Under the pieces are notes generated by a model, which made no database searches, was not told where the DNA came from, and saw only the letters and a list, made by a program, of their open reading frames with translations. Below, piece by piece: positions 40,108 through 49,936 of a stretch of DNA of 64,000 nt (positions are counted from its first letter, which is position 1; each line of letters begins with the position of its first letter). The stretch is from an uncultured Gemmatimonadales bacterium (lineage in GTDB: Bacteria; Gemmatimonadota; Gemmatimonadetes; Longimicrobiales; RSA9), in assembly GCA_963708135.1 (NCBI GenBank), contig OY970192.1:4192001-4256000 (forward strand). The letters run 5' to 3'. A program made the position numbers and the translations under genes.

Positions 40108-42012
40108 ATGCGAATCCAGGACACGCGTCCCGGCCGCGCGGCGGCCGCGCTCACGCTCGCCGTCGCGCTGCTCGCCGGCGCCGCGCCGCGGGCGGGCGCG
40201 CAGCAGGCGGAGGACATCGCCGCGCGCTTCGATCGGCAGGAGGTGATGATCCCCTCGCGCGACGGCGTCAAGCTGCACACGCTGATCTTCGTGCCGAAGG
40301 CGCAGCACGGGCCGCTGCCCTTCATCCTCACGCGCACGCCCTACGGCATCGGCAACGGCGCCGCGGAGCGGGCCATCGCCAACTCGTACCGCGAGATGGC
40401 GCAGGACGGCGATGGCTACATCTTCGCCTTCCAGGACATCCGCGGCCGCTACGGCTCCGAGGGCCAGTTCGTCATGCAGCGGCCGGCGCGCAGGCCGGGG
40501 GACACGAAATCGATCGACGAGGGGACGGACACCTACGACACGATCGACTGGCTGCTCGAGCACGTGCCGAACAACAACGGCCGGGTCGGCATGCTGGGCG
40601 TCTCCTACCCCGGCTGGCTCACGGCCATGGCCACGCTCGAGCCGCACCCGGCGCTCAAGGCGGTCTCCGAGCAGGCCTCGCCCGCGGACATGTGGCTGGG
40701 CGACGACTTCCACCACAACGGCGCGTTCCGGCTGAGCTACGGCTTCGAGTACGCCGCCATGATGGAGACGTCGAAGGAGAACGAGCAGTTCCACTTCGAC
40801 CGCTACGACACCTACCAGTGGTACCTGGACCTCGGCTCGCTGGCCAACGCCAACAGCAAGGTGCTGCACGGGAAGATCCCGACCTGGAACGACTACGTGG
40901 CGCACCCGAACTGGGATGAGTTCTGGCAGCGCCAGACGCTGGTGCCGTACCTGACGTCCGTGAAGGTGCCGGAGCTGAACGTGGCGGGCTGGTGGGACCA
41001 GGAGGACTTCTACGGGCCCGTCCGCATCTACGAGGCGCTCGAGAAGCACGACACCAGGCACATGAACTACCTGGTGGTCGGCCCCTGGAACCACGGCGGC
41101 TGGGCCCACGGCGAGGGCCAGAAGCTGGGCGACATCGACTTCGGCAGCGCCACCTCGAGGTATTTCCGCGAGAAGGTCGAGGCGCCCTGGTTCGCCTACT
41201 GGCTGAAGGACCAGGGCACGCTCGACCAGCCGGAGGCGCTCACCTTCCAGTCGGGCACCAACAGCTGGGAGCGCTGGGACAGCTGGCCGCCCCGGGCGCG
41301 CACGCAGGACCGCCCGCTCTACTTCGGTCCGCACCGCGAGCTCGGCTGGGCGAAGCCCGCCGCGGCCGGCGCCGCGCCGTACGACAGCTACGTCTCGGAT
41401 CCGGCGCACCCCGTGCCCTACCGGCACCGCCCGATCCAGGCGACGTACTTCCCGGGTGGATCGGGATGGTACACCTGGCTGACCGAGGACCAGCGCTTCG
41501 TCGATGAGCGGCCGGATGTCCTGAGCTGGGAGACGGCGCCGCTGGACAGCGATGTGACCGTCGCGGGCGATATCGTCGCCGACCTCTTCGCGGCCACCAC
41601 GGGCAGCGACGCCGACTTCGTCGTGAAGCTGATCGACGTCTATCCGGAGGACTTCCCGCAGGACTGGAAGTGGGCCGGCCGCGAGCTCATGGTCTCGAAC
41701 GAGGTCTTCCGGGGCCGCTACCGCAACAGCTTCGAGCACCCGGAGGCGATCACGCCCGGCAAGGTGACGCACTTCAGCTGGAGCCTGCACACGCAGGATC
41801 ACACGTTCCTCAAGGGCCACCGCATCATGATCCAGGTGCAGAGCACCTGGTTCCCGATCATCGACCGGAACCCGCAGACCTTCGTGCCCAACATCTTCGA
41901 GGCGAAGGACTCGGACTTCAGGAAGGCGACGATCCGCATCTATCGCTCGCCGCAGTTCCCGTCCCACGTAACCGTGCCGGTGGTGGTGAAGCCGTCAACC
42001 GCCACGCAGTGA
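40108..42012 (+). CDS. CocE/NonD family hydrolase (alpha-amino acid ester hydrolase / glutaryl-7-ACA acylase-like)
   Basis: RTPY, QDIRGRYGSEG, GVSYPG nucleophile motif, GPWNHG, QSTWFP. Confidence 0.9.
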   Translation: MRIQDTRPGRAAAALTLAVALLAGAAPRAGAQQAEDIAARFDRQEVMIPSRDGVKLHTLIFVPKAQHGPLPFILTRTPYGIGNGAAERAIANSYREMAQDGDGYIFAFQDIRGRYGSEGQFVMQRPARRPGDTKSIDEGTDTYDTIDWLLEHVPNNNGRVGMLGVSYPGWLTAMATLEPHPALKAVSEQASPADMWLGDDFHHNGAFRLSYGFEYAAMMETSKENEQFHFDRYDTYQWYLDLGSLANANSKVLHGKIPTWNDYVAHPNWDEFWQRQTLVPYLTSVKVPELNVAGWWDQEDFYGPVRIYEALEKHDTRHMNYLVVGPWNHGGWAHGEGQKLGDIDFGSATSRYFREKVEAPWFAYWLKDQGTLDQPEALTFQSGTNSWERWDSWPPRARTQDRPLYFGPHRELGWAKPAAAGAAPYDSYVSDPAHPVPYRHRPIQATYFPGGSGWYTWLTEDQRFVDERPDVLSWETAPLDSDVTVAGDIVADLFAATTGSDADFVVKLIDVYPEDFPQDWKWAGRELMVSNEVFRGRYRNSFEHPEAITPGKVTHFSWSLHTQDHTFLKGHRIMIQVQSTWFPIIDRNPQTFVPNIFEAKDSDFRKATIRIYRSPQFPSHVTVPVVVKPSTATQ

Positions 42013-42038
42013 ACGACCCAGCAACCGGGGACCCCACC

Positions 42039-43574
42039 ATGATCCAGAGCCGGATCCACGCGCGTCGCGCACTGCCTCTCCTGCTCCTCGCCCTGGCTGC
42101 CGCCGCGCCGGCGGCGGCGCAGAAGGCGCCCTTCAAGGGGCTGGATGCGTACGTCGAGAAGTCGATGAAGGACTGGGAGGTGCCGGGCCTCGCGCTCGCC
42201 ATCGTGAAGGACGGGCAGGTCGTCTACGAGAAGGGCTACGGCGTGCGCGAGCTGGGCAAGCCGGACGCGGTGGATCCGCAGACGCTCTTCGCCATCGGCA
42301 GCTCGAGCAAGGCGTTCACGGCCACGCTCATGGCCATGCTCGTGGACTCCGGGAAGGTCAAGTGGACGGACCCGGTCACGGACTACCTGCCGTGGTTCAG
42401 GACCTACGACCCGTACGTGACGCGGGAGATGACGATTCGCGACCTGCTCACGCACCGGAGCGGCCTGTCGCGCGGGGACGAGCTCTGGTACGGCACCACG
42501 TTGCCGCGTGACTCGATCATCTGGCGCATCCGCTGGCAGAAGCCGAGCTGGGGCTTCCGCTCCCGCTTCGGCTACAACAACATCATGTTCCTCACGGCGG
42601 GCCAGGTCGAGGCCGCGGTGACGGGCCGGACCTGGGACGAGCTGGTCCGCGAGCGCATCTTCCAGCCGCTCGGCATGGCGCGCACGGTGACGAGCACGGA
42701 GGCGCTGCCGCGCATGAGCGACGTGGCCACGCCGCACGAGAAGATCGACGGCACGGTCAAGCCGATCCGCTGGCGCAACATCGACAACATCGCGCCCGCC
42801 GGCTCGATCGTCTCGGATGTCGAGGACATGTCGAAGTGGCTGCGCCTGCAGCTGGCGGACGGGGCGTGGCAGGGGAAGCAGCTGGTGAGCGCGAAGCAGC
42901 TGGAGCAGACGCACGCGCCGCAGATGCTGATCGACATCTCGGCCGAGGCCAGGAAGCTGCACCCCACCACCCACTTCTCCACGTACGGCAACGGCTGGTT
43001 CCTCGTGGACTACCGCGGCCGCGAGGTCATCCACCACGGCGGCAACATCGACGGCTTCAGCGCCGAGGTCGACCTCGTGCCGGAGGAGAAGCTCGGGATC
43101 GTGATCCTCACGAACCTGAACGGCACGGCCCTGCGCGACGCGCTGCCGTACCGGATCTACGACATGGTCTTCGGCGGCCCGCAGAAGGACTGGAGCACCG
43201 CCTACCTCGCGCTGCGCGACAAGGCGCTCCAGCGGGCGGATTCCGTCCGGGAGGCAATGGAGAAGAAGCGGGTGGCGGGAACCAAGCCGACGCTCGCGCT
43301 GCCGGCCTACGTCGGCACCTACCGGGACACGATGTACGGGGACGTCGCCGTCACGCTCGAGGACGGGCACCTGGTCCTGCGCCGGGGGCCGGGCTTCACC
43401 TACGACCTCGAGCACTGGCAGTACGACACGTTCCGCGCGATCTCGCGCTACGAAGCCGACGCCAAGTCGTTCGTCACGTTCGATCTCGACGCCACCGGCA
43501 CGCCGGCCGTGCTGCGGATCCGCAACCTCGCCGACTTCGAGCGCGTGCCGGACACGAAGGAAGGGAGCCGGTGA
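42039..43574 (+). CDS. Serine hydrolase (class C-like) with DUF3471-like C-terminus
   Basis: SSSK, YNN, HGG, HWQYDTF. Confidence 0.9.
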   Translation: MIQSRIHARRALPLLLLALAAAAPAAAQKAPFKGLDAYVEKSMKDWEVPGLALAIVKDGQVVYEKGYGVRELGKPDAVDPQTLFAIGSSSKAFTATLMAMLVDSGKVKWTDPVTDYLPWFRTYDPYVTREMTIRDLLTHRSGLSRGDELWYGTTLPRDSIIWRIRWQKPSWGFRSRFGYNNIMFLTAGQVEAAVTGRTWDELVRERIFQPLGMARTVTSTEALPRMSDVATPHEKIDGTVKPIRWRNIDNIAPAGSIVSDVEDMSKWLRLQLADGAWQGKQLVSAKQLEQTHAPQMLIDISAEARKLHPTTHFSTYGNGWFLVDYRGREVIHHGGNIDGFSAEVDLVPEEKLGIVILTNLNGTALRDALPYRIYDMVFGGPQKDWSTAYLALRDKALQRADSVREAMEKKRVAGTKPTLALPAYVGTYRDTMYGDVAVTLEDGHLVLRRGPGFTYDLEHWQYDTFRAISRYEADAKSFVTFDLDATGTPAVLRIRNLADFERVPDTKEGSR

Positions 43575-46111
43575 TGCGGCGCGCGGCGCGGCCGCCGCTC
43601 CTCCCCGCCCTGCTCGCGGGCGCCGGGGCCCTCTCCATCGCGCTGGGCGGGTGCACGGCGCGCAAGTCGGCACCCGAGGCGGGGGGGGCGGCGGGCAACA
43701 TCGCGGCCACGTCGCAATACGCGCCCGTGGCCGCGGCGCTCGAGCCGTTCATCCGCCACGAGCGGGCGCAGAAGGGGATCCCGGCCATCTCCGTCGCCCT
43801 GGTGGACGGGCAACACATCGTCTGGGCGCAGGGCTTCGGGATGGCGGATTCCGCGGCCGGCGTTCCGGCCACGGCGGAGACGGTCTACCGCGTCGGCTCG
43901 GTCTCGAAGCTGTTCACGGACATCGGCATCATGCAGCTGGTGGAGAAGGGGAAGCTGGACCTGGATGCGCCGGTCGAGCGCTACGTCCCGGAGTTCCACC
44001 CGCGCAACCCGTTTGGCACGCCGATCACGATCCGGGAGCTGACCTCCCACCTGGCCGGCCTGACCCGGGAGCCGCCGGTCGGCAACTACTTCGATGACAC
44101 GGAGCCCTCGCTGCGTGCGACGGTCGAGAGCCTCGACAGCACCACCCTCGTGTACGCGCCGCGCACCCACACCAAGTACTCGAACGCGGGCATCGCGGTG
44201 CTCGGCTACGTGCTCGAGAAGACGCAGGGCGAGTCCTTCTATCCGTACCTGAAGAAGGCCGTGCTCGACCCGATGGGGCTGGCCCACAGCGCATTCCAGC
44301 CGCTGCCGGCGCTCCAGGCCCGGCTGGCGAAGGCGTACATGTGGAGCTGGGACGGCAAGCGCTTCGAGGCACCCACCTTCCAGCTCGGGATCGGCCCGGC
44401 CGGCAGCCTGTACACGACCGTCGAGGACATGGGCCGCTTCATGTCCGTGCTGTTCGACGGCGGGCGCAGCGCCGATGGCCGGCAGATCGTCACCACGGCC
44501 ACCCTCGACTCGATGTGGACGCCGCAGTTCACGCCGGCGGGGCAGACGTCGGGCTACGGGATCGGTTTCCACATCGGCACGCTGGACGGGCACCGCGCCG
44601 TGGGCCACGATGGCGCGATCTACGGCTTCGCGACGGCGCTCGAGGCGCTGCCGGACGACCGGCTCGGCGTCGTGGTCGTGGCCACGCTGGACGGCGCGAA
44701 CACGACCGCAGACCGGATCGCGGCCGCCGCGCTCCGCATGATGCTGGCGCAGAAGGCGGGAACCCCGCTGCCGGTGCCGGACACCACGCGCGCGCTGCCG
44801 CCCGGCAGGGCGCTGGCGCTTCAGGGGCGCTACGCGGCCGGCGGGACGGAGGCCGCGGCGCGCGCGGCGATCAATGCGGCGCCGACTCACGACCTGTCGA
44901 GCGGCAGCTCGTCCCACTTCGGCGCCCCCGAGGTCAGGGCCGTCGATCTGACCGAATACGAGGGCCGTCTCTACCTGATGCCGCTGCGCGGCGGCAGCCG
45001 CGCCGAGATCCGGCAGGCCGCGGACGGCGGCCTCATCGTGGATGACGCGCTGGACTACGGTCAGCGCATCGGGACGCCGACGGAGGGGAGGATCGTGATC
45101 GGTGCGGACACGCTCTCGCGCGTACCGACGCGGCGTCCCGTCGCACTGGTCACCGATCCCCAGCCCGCGCAGCCCGACGCCGCGTTCACGGGCCTCATCG
45201 GCGAGTACGGCTGGGACCACGACGTGCTCTACATCCTGGAGAAGGACGGGCGGCTGAACGCGCTGATCGAGTGGTTCACGGAGTACCCGCTGACGCGCGT
45301 GTCGAAGGACGTCTATGCCTTCCCCCACTGGGGGCTCTACGACGGGCAGAAGATCGTCTTCCACCGCGACGCGCACGGGCAGGCGTACGAGGCCGTGGCC
45401 GCGAACGTCCGCTTCCGCCGCCGCCCGCTGCCCGGGGACGACAACGCGGTCTCGTTCCGCATTACCCCCGTGAAGCCCGTGGCCGAGCTGCGCAAGGAGG
45501 CGCTCGCCGCCCACCCGCCCGCGGAGAAGGGTGAGTTCCGCAAGCCCGACCTGGTCGAGCTGAGGAGTCTCGACCCGACCATCCGCTACGAGATCCGTTA
45601 CGCGGGCACCAACAACTTCATGGGCGCGCCGTTCTACACCTCCTCGCACGCCTTCATGCAGCGGCCGGCGGCGGAGGCGGTGGCGCGCGTCAGCGCGAAG
45701 CTGCGCGCGCTCGGCTACGGGCTCCTCGTCCACGACGCCTACCGCCCGTGGTACGTCACGAAGATGTTCTGGGACGGCACCCCGGTGGACAAGCACGACT
45801 TCGTGGCGGACCCCTCCCAGGGCTCCCGCCACAACCGCGGCTGCGCGGTGGACATCACGCTCTACGACCTCGGGACAGGCCGGTCGCTGCGCATGCCCGG
45901 CGGCTACGACGAGATGTCGGAGCGCTCCTTTCCGCTCTACCCGGGCGGGACCTCGCTCCAGCGCTGGCAGCGCGACGTGCTCCGCCACGCCATGGAGTCC
46001 GAGGGCTTCAACGTCTACGAGTTCGAGTGGTGGCACTTCGACTACAAGGACTGGCGCCACTACCCGATCCTGAACGTCCGCTTCGAGGACCTGGCGCGGA
46101 CGAGCGCGTGA
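43574..46111 (+). CDS. Lipoprotein fusion: class C-like serine hydrolase + D-Ala-D-Ala dipeptidase (M15D, VanX/DdpX-like)
   Basis: LGGC; SVSK, YSN, HDG; C-terminal DAYRP, SRHNRGCAVD, EWWH. Confidence 0.88.
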   Translation: MRRAARPPLLPALLAGAGALSIALGGCTARKSAPEAGGAAGNIAATSQYAPVAAALEPFIRHERAQKGIPAISVALVDGQHIVWAQGFGMADSAAGVPATAETVYRVGSVSKLFTDIGIMQLVEKGKLDLDAPVERYVPEFHPRNPFGTPITIRELTSHLAGLTREPPVGNYFDDTEPSLRATVESLDSTTLVYAPRTHTKYSNAGIAVLGYVLEKTQGESFYPYLKKAVLDPMGLAHSAFQPLPALQARLAKAYMWSWDGKRFEAPTFQLGIGPAGSLYTTVEDMGRFMSVLFDGGRSADGRQIVTTATLDSMWTPQFTPAGQTSGYGIGFHIGTLDGHRAVGHDGAIYGFATALEALPDDRLGVVVVATLDGANTTADRIAAAALRMMLAQKAGTPLPVPDTTRALPPGRALALQGRYAAGGTEAAARAAINAAPTHDLSSGSSSHFGAPEVRAVDLTEYEGRLYLMPLRGGSRAEIRQAADGGLIVDDALDYGQRIGTPTEGRIVIGADTLSRVPTRRPVALVTDPQPAQPDAAFTGLIGEYGWDHDVLYILEKDGRLNALIEWFTEYPLTRVSKDVYAFPHWGLYDGQKIVFHRDAHGQAYEAVAANVRFRRRPLPGDDNAVSFRITPVKPVAELRKEALAAHPPAEKGEFRKPDLVELRSLDPTIRYEIRYAGTNNFMGAPFYTSSHAFMQRPAAEAVARVSAKLRALGYGLLVHDAYRPWYVTKMFWDGTPVDKHDFVADPSQGSRHNRGCAVDITLYDLGTGRSLRMPGGYDEMSERSFPLYPGGTSLQRWQRDVLRHAMESEGFNVYEFEWWHFDYKDWRHYPILNVRFEDLARTSA

Positions 46112-47115
46112 GCGAGACCGTCCGCGTGGCCGTGGTACAGGCGGCGCCGCGCCCGTTCGACCGCGAGGCGGCCGTCCTCCGGGTGCGCGAGCTCGCCCTC
46201 GAGGCGGCCCGCCGCGGCGCGCGGCTCGCCCTCTTCCCCGAGGCCTACATCCCCGCCTACCCGTGGGGCCTCATCTTCGGCACCCGCGTCGGCGGCCGCA
46301 GCGAGGAGGGGCGCCGGCTGTGGCAACGCTACTGGGAGAACGCGGTCGCGGTGGACGAGGAGGGCGACGTCGCCGGCTCCGCCCGCCACGCCCTCTCCGA
46401 CGCCGCCCGCGAGGCGGGGCTCCACCTGGCCGTAGGCGTGGTGGAGCGGGACGCCCGCCACTCCCGCGGCACGCTCTACTGCACGCTGCTTCACTTCGGC
46501 CCCGACGGCCGGCTGCTCGGGAGGCATCGGAAGCTCAAGCCGACCGCCGCCGAGCGCATCATCTGGGGCGAGGGTGATGGCAGCACGCTCCCGGTCGTGG
46601 CGACGCCGCTCGGCCGCGTGGGCGGGCTGATCTGCTGGGAGAACTACATGCCGCTGGCCCGCATGGCCCTCTACGACCGCGGCGTCGAGATCTACCTGGC
46701 GCCCACGGCCGATGCCCGCGACGCGTGGCAGGCCACCATGCGCCACATTGCCGTCGAGGGGCGCTGCTTCGTCCTCGGCTGCAACCAGTACGTGACGCGC
46801 GACCTCTACCCGGCCGACCTGCCCGGGCTCGCCGAGGTCGAGGGCCTCGACCGCGCCGACGGCACGCCCGGCCGGCCGAAGGTGCTCTGCCGGGGCGGCA
46901 GCGTGATCGTCGGCCCGCTGGGGGACGTGCTGGCCGGCCCGCTCTGGGACGAGGAGGGGATCCTCACGGCCGACCTCGACATGGGCGCGCTGCCGCGCGC
47001 GAAGTTCGACTTCGATGTCGTCGGGCACTACGCGCGCCCCGACGTGTTCCGGCTGATCGTGAACGAGGCGCCCGCCGAGCCGGTCGAGCGGCAGGGCGCC
47101 GGGGAGGAAACATGA
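46108..47115 (+). CDS. Nitrilase / carbon-nitrogen hydrolase
   Basis: FPEA, HRKLKPT, ICWENYMP triad; DVVGHYARPD. Confidence 0.9.
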   Translation: MSETVRVAVVQAAPRPFDREAAVLRVRELALEAARRGARLALFPEAYIPAYPWGLIFGTRVGGRSEEGRRLWQRYWENAVAVDEEGDVAGSARHALSDAAREAGLHLAVGVVERDARHSRGTLYCTLLHFGPDGRLLGRHRKLKPTAAERIIWGEGDGSTLPVVATPLGRVGGLICWENYMPLARMALYDRGVEIYLAPTADARDAWQATMRHIAVEGRCFVLGCNQYVTRDLYPADLPGLAEVEGLDRADGTPGRPKVLCRGGSVIVGPLGDVLAGPLWDEEGILTADLDMGALPRAKFDFDVVGHYARPDVFRLIVNEAPAEPVERQGAGEET

Positions 47116-48086
47116 GACGATCACGTCTGGCCACGGCGGCGCTTCTCGCCGGCGTGGGGTCGGCGGCGGCGGGCGTGAGCGCGGCGGCGCAGTCGCCGCT
47201 CGAGGACTCCGTGCGGGCGGTGCTGGCGGGCATCCCGGCGTCGAGCTCCGTCTACGCGCAGCACCTGCCGGACGGGCGCACGCTCGCGATCCGCGCGGAC
47301 GTGCCGATGAACACGGCCAGCGTGATCAAGATCCCGGTCATGGTGCGGGCGTTCCGGGATGCCGAGGCGGGCAGGCTCGACCTCGACGCCCGCTACACCA
47401 TCCGGCCGGAGGACCAGCGCCGCGGATCGGGGCTGCTACAGACGTTTCAGCCGGGGCTCGCGCCGACGTACCGCGACCTGATCACGCAGATGATCATCAC
47501 GAGCGACAACACCGCCACCGACATCATGATCCACACCGTCGGCCTCGCCCGTGTGAACGCGCTCCTCGATTCCCTCGGCTACCGGCAGACGCGGCTGCGC
47601 GAGACCGTCGGCGACGCGTTCCGCGCCGTCTGGGAGCTCGCGAGCCCCGCCAACCAGAAGATGACGGACCGCGAGGTCTTCGAGCGCGGCTTCCCCGCGG
47701 ACAGCGTAGTCGCCCGCAAGATGCCGGCGTTCGTGGCCGACTCCTCCGAGTGGCTGGGCCGAACGACGGCGCGGGAGATCGCGCGCCTGCTCGGGCAGAT
47801 CTACGGCGGCAACCTGGCCAACGCCGAGCACACGAAGGAGATGGTGGGTATCCTGCGCCGGCAGTTCTACACCTCGCGCCTGCCGCGCTACATCCAGGAG
47901 AAGGCGTCCGTCGCCCACAAGACCGGGGACTGGCCGCCCTTCCTGGCCAACGATGTGGGCATCCTGTTCTACAACGGCGGCCCGACCATCGCCGCGGTGT
48001 TCACGAACGGCAACACCGGTCCCTACATCGACGTCGAGCGCGCCATCGGCCGCGTGGCCGAGCTGCTCGTCAACGGCTGGCGCTGA
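47112..48086 (+). CDS. Class A beta-lactamase-fold serine hydrolase
   Basis: Signal peptide; SVIK, SDN, KTG; atypical omega-loop region. Confidence 0.85.
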   Translation: MRRSRLATAALLAGVGSAAAGVSAAAQSPLEDSVRAVLAGIPASSSVYAQHLPDGRTLAIRADVPMNTASVIKIPVMVRAFRDAEAGRLDLDARYTIRPEDQRRGSGLLQTFQPGLAPTYRDLITQMIITSDNTATDIMIHTVGLARVNALLDSLGYRQTRLRETVGDAFRAVWELASPANQKMTDREVFERGFPADSVVARKMPAFVADSSEWLGRTTAREIARLLGQIYGGNLANAEHTKEMVGILRRQFYTSRLPRYIQEKASVAHKTGDWPPFLANDVGILFYNGGPTIAAVFTNGNTGPYIDVERAIGRVAELLVNGWR

Positions 48087-48156
48087 AAGGCCGCCGGCCC
48101 GGTGCGGCCGGCGCATCCGGCGGCAGCCAGCGCACCCGCCCCGCCGCCGCGCGCGG

Positions 48157-48200
48157 CCGGCGCACCCGGCGCACCCGGCGCACCCGGCGCACCCGGCGCA
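48157..48200 (+). repeat. 9-bp tandem repeat (CCGGCGCAC), ~5 copies
   Basis: Read directly. Confidence 0.9.
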
Positions 48201-48267
48201 TGTCCGCGCGGCCGGCGCATTCGGCGCCAGCCCCCTTTGCGAGCGGCGGCCGTTGCGTACGCGGGCC

Positions 48268-48438
48268 GTGAACTCCCCACCCGAGCCCCGGCGCGGAGAC
48301 CGTTGGGGAGTTGACCGCGCTATTCGTTGTCAACTCCCCACGGGTCGGAGGTCCACGGGAACGATCGGGGACTTTACCACGCTATTCGCAGTCAAATCCC
48401 CAACGGTCCATTCCACCACCGATCCGTGAGGACTTTCC
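48268..48438. repeat. Array of palindromic units with 61-62 bp period
   Basis: TGGGGAGTTGAC-N13-GTCAACTCCCCA (48304-48340), degenerate copy 48367-48401, half units at 48268 and 48428. Confidence 0.75.
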
Positions 48439-48723
48439 TACCCTCGCGACCCTCGCGGGCCGATACGTCGGCACGGACAACGCTCGACGGATGGTCGAGC
48501 CGGACAGCGCCCGGCGGAATCGACGCCCGAGCCGGGACCGTCTCTTTTCCGGCCCGCCGGGCCCGCTCACGATCGCCTGGCCGGCCGCGGGCGCCGCCAC
48601 GTCGGGCTGGCCCCCGGGCGGCCGTCCTCCGGGCCCGCGCATGATCGCCACGCCTCCCACGCACCGCCGTCGCGAGATGGGCCCGCCGGCGCGCGCGCCG
48701 GTCCGGGCCCCGGGCGCTGAACG

Positions 48724-49824
48724 TCAACGGGGCGTCCCCGCGCCCGTCCCCGACTCCCCCGGATTGAACGTGAAGTAGTCGTAGACCGCGCGCGCGATCT
48801 GCGCGATCCCCTTCACCCGCTCCTCTTCCCGCAGCTTCGAGTCCTTGATGAAGAGCGCGACGGCGACGTGTCCGGCGCCGTCCGGCAGCGTGATGATGCC
48901 CACGTCATTGGCCGTGCCGCCGATGGTGCCGGTCTTGTGCGCCACCACGGTGCCGGGCGGGAGCATCCCCTTGATGCGGTCGGGCCCCGTCTGGCAGCGG
49001 CTCATGATGTCGAGCAGCAGGCTCGTGCTCGCGGGGGAGAGCGCCTTGCCGCGCCAGATCCGCGTCAGCAGCGCGAGCATGGCGTCCGGCGTCAACTGGT
49101 CGCGCGGGTCCGAGCTGAAGGCCGCCTCGGCCGCCTGGCGCCGGTCCGCCGGCACCGCCCTGGCCAGCTCGCGGAAGCGCTCCGGCGAGATCGCGCCGTC
49201 GGCCGGGACGTCGGCTACGCCCAGCCAGTCCCCGATGAGCTGCGAGGTGTAGCGGTCCACCCGCAGGCCATCCACCCCCAGCGCCCGCACGCGTGCCGTC
49301 ACCGCGGCGGGGCCGCCCGACAGCCGGTCGCTGAGGTCGGCGGCGCTGTTGTCGCTGATCAGCATCATCAGCTCGAGGATGTTGCGCACCGAGAGGGCGA
49401 CGCCCGGCTTGTTGAACAGGTCGGTCAGCGTGCCGCTGCCCGGGTGCAGGTCCTCGGGCTGGATCGTGACCATGCTGTCGAGCCGGAGCTCGCCCCGATC
49501 GACCCGCGTCAGCACCGCGGTGGCGATCGCCACCTTGTACGTGCTGGCCATGGGGAAGGGCATGTCCGCGTGCAGCGCCACGCGCCGTCCGGTCTCCAGG
49601 TGGACGGCGACGACGCCCATGGTGCCTCCGGAGACCGGCTCCAGCCGCGCGATCTCCCGCTCGAGGCGCGCGAGGCCCGGGTCGGCGGCACGGACCTCGG
49701 CGCGCGCGGCGGCCGGCCGGGCGCCCGTCGCCTGCGCGACGGCTCCGCTCGAGGAGAGGGAGAGCAGCGCGGCGGCGAGCAGCGGCCCGCCCGCGCGGCG
49801 GATGCGCATCGGGTTCACCTTCAT
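48724..49824 (-). CDS. Class A beta-lactamase-like protein with omega-loop insertion
   Basis: FPMASTYK, SDN, HKTGT; VDRYTSQL where Glu166 is expected. Confidence 0.85.
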   Translation of the reverse strand: MKVNPMRIRRAGGPLLAAALLSLSSSGAVAQATGARPAAARAEVRAADPGLARLEREIARLEPVSGGTMGVVAVHLETGRRVALHADMPFPMASTYKVAIATAVLTRVDRGELRLDSMVTIQPEDLHPGSGTLTDLFNKPGVALSVRNILELMMLISDNSAADLSDRLSGGPAAVTARVRALGVDGLRVDRYTSQLIGDWLGVADVPADGAISPERFRELARAVPADRRQAAEAAFSSDPRDQLTPDAMLALLTRIWRGKALSPASTSLLLDIMSRCQTGPDRIKGMLPPGTVVAHKTGTIGGTANDVGIITLPDGAGHVAVALFIKDSKLREEERVKGIAQIARAVYDYFTFNPGESGTGAGTPR

Positions 49825-49936
49825 GGCGGACCTCCTGGATGGATGGGCGGATGCACGGCGCGCGGGCTCGGCGCCAGGCGGGTTCCTCGCGTGGGGGCGG
49901 CGTGGTGCGGCGGACGGCCGGTCGACCGCCCCCCGT

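Noticed and set aside
48268..48438. CRISPR array
   Set aside because: Only two full, non-identical repeats, terminal rather than internal palindrome, no cas genes or leader; kept as a generic repeat
21732..49824. Antibiotic-resistance island
   Set aside because: No mobility genes or composition shift; class C-like proteins have HGG-type motifs and the class A-like ones lack an evident Glu166
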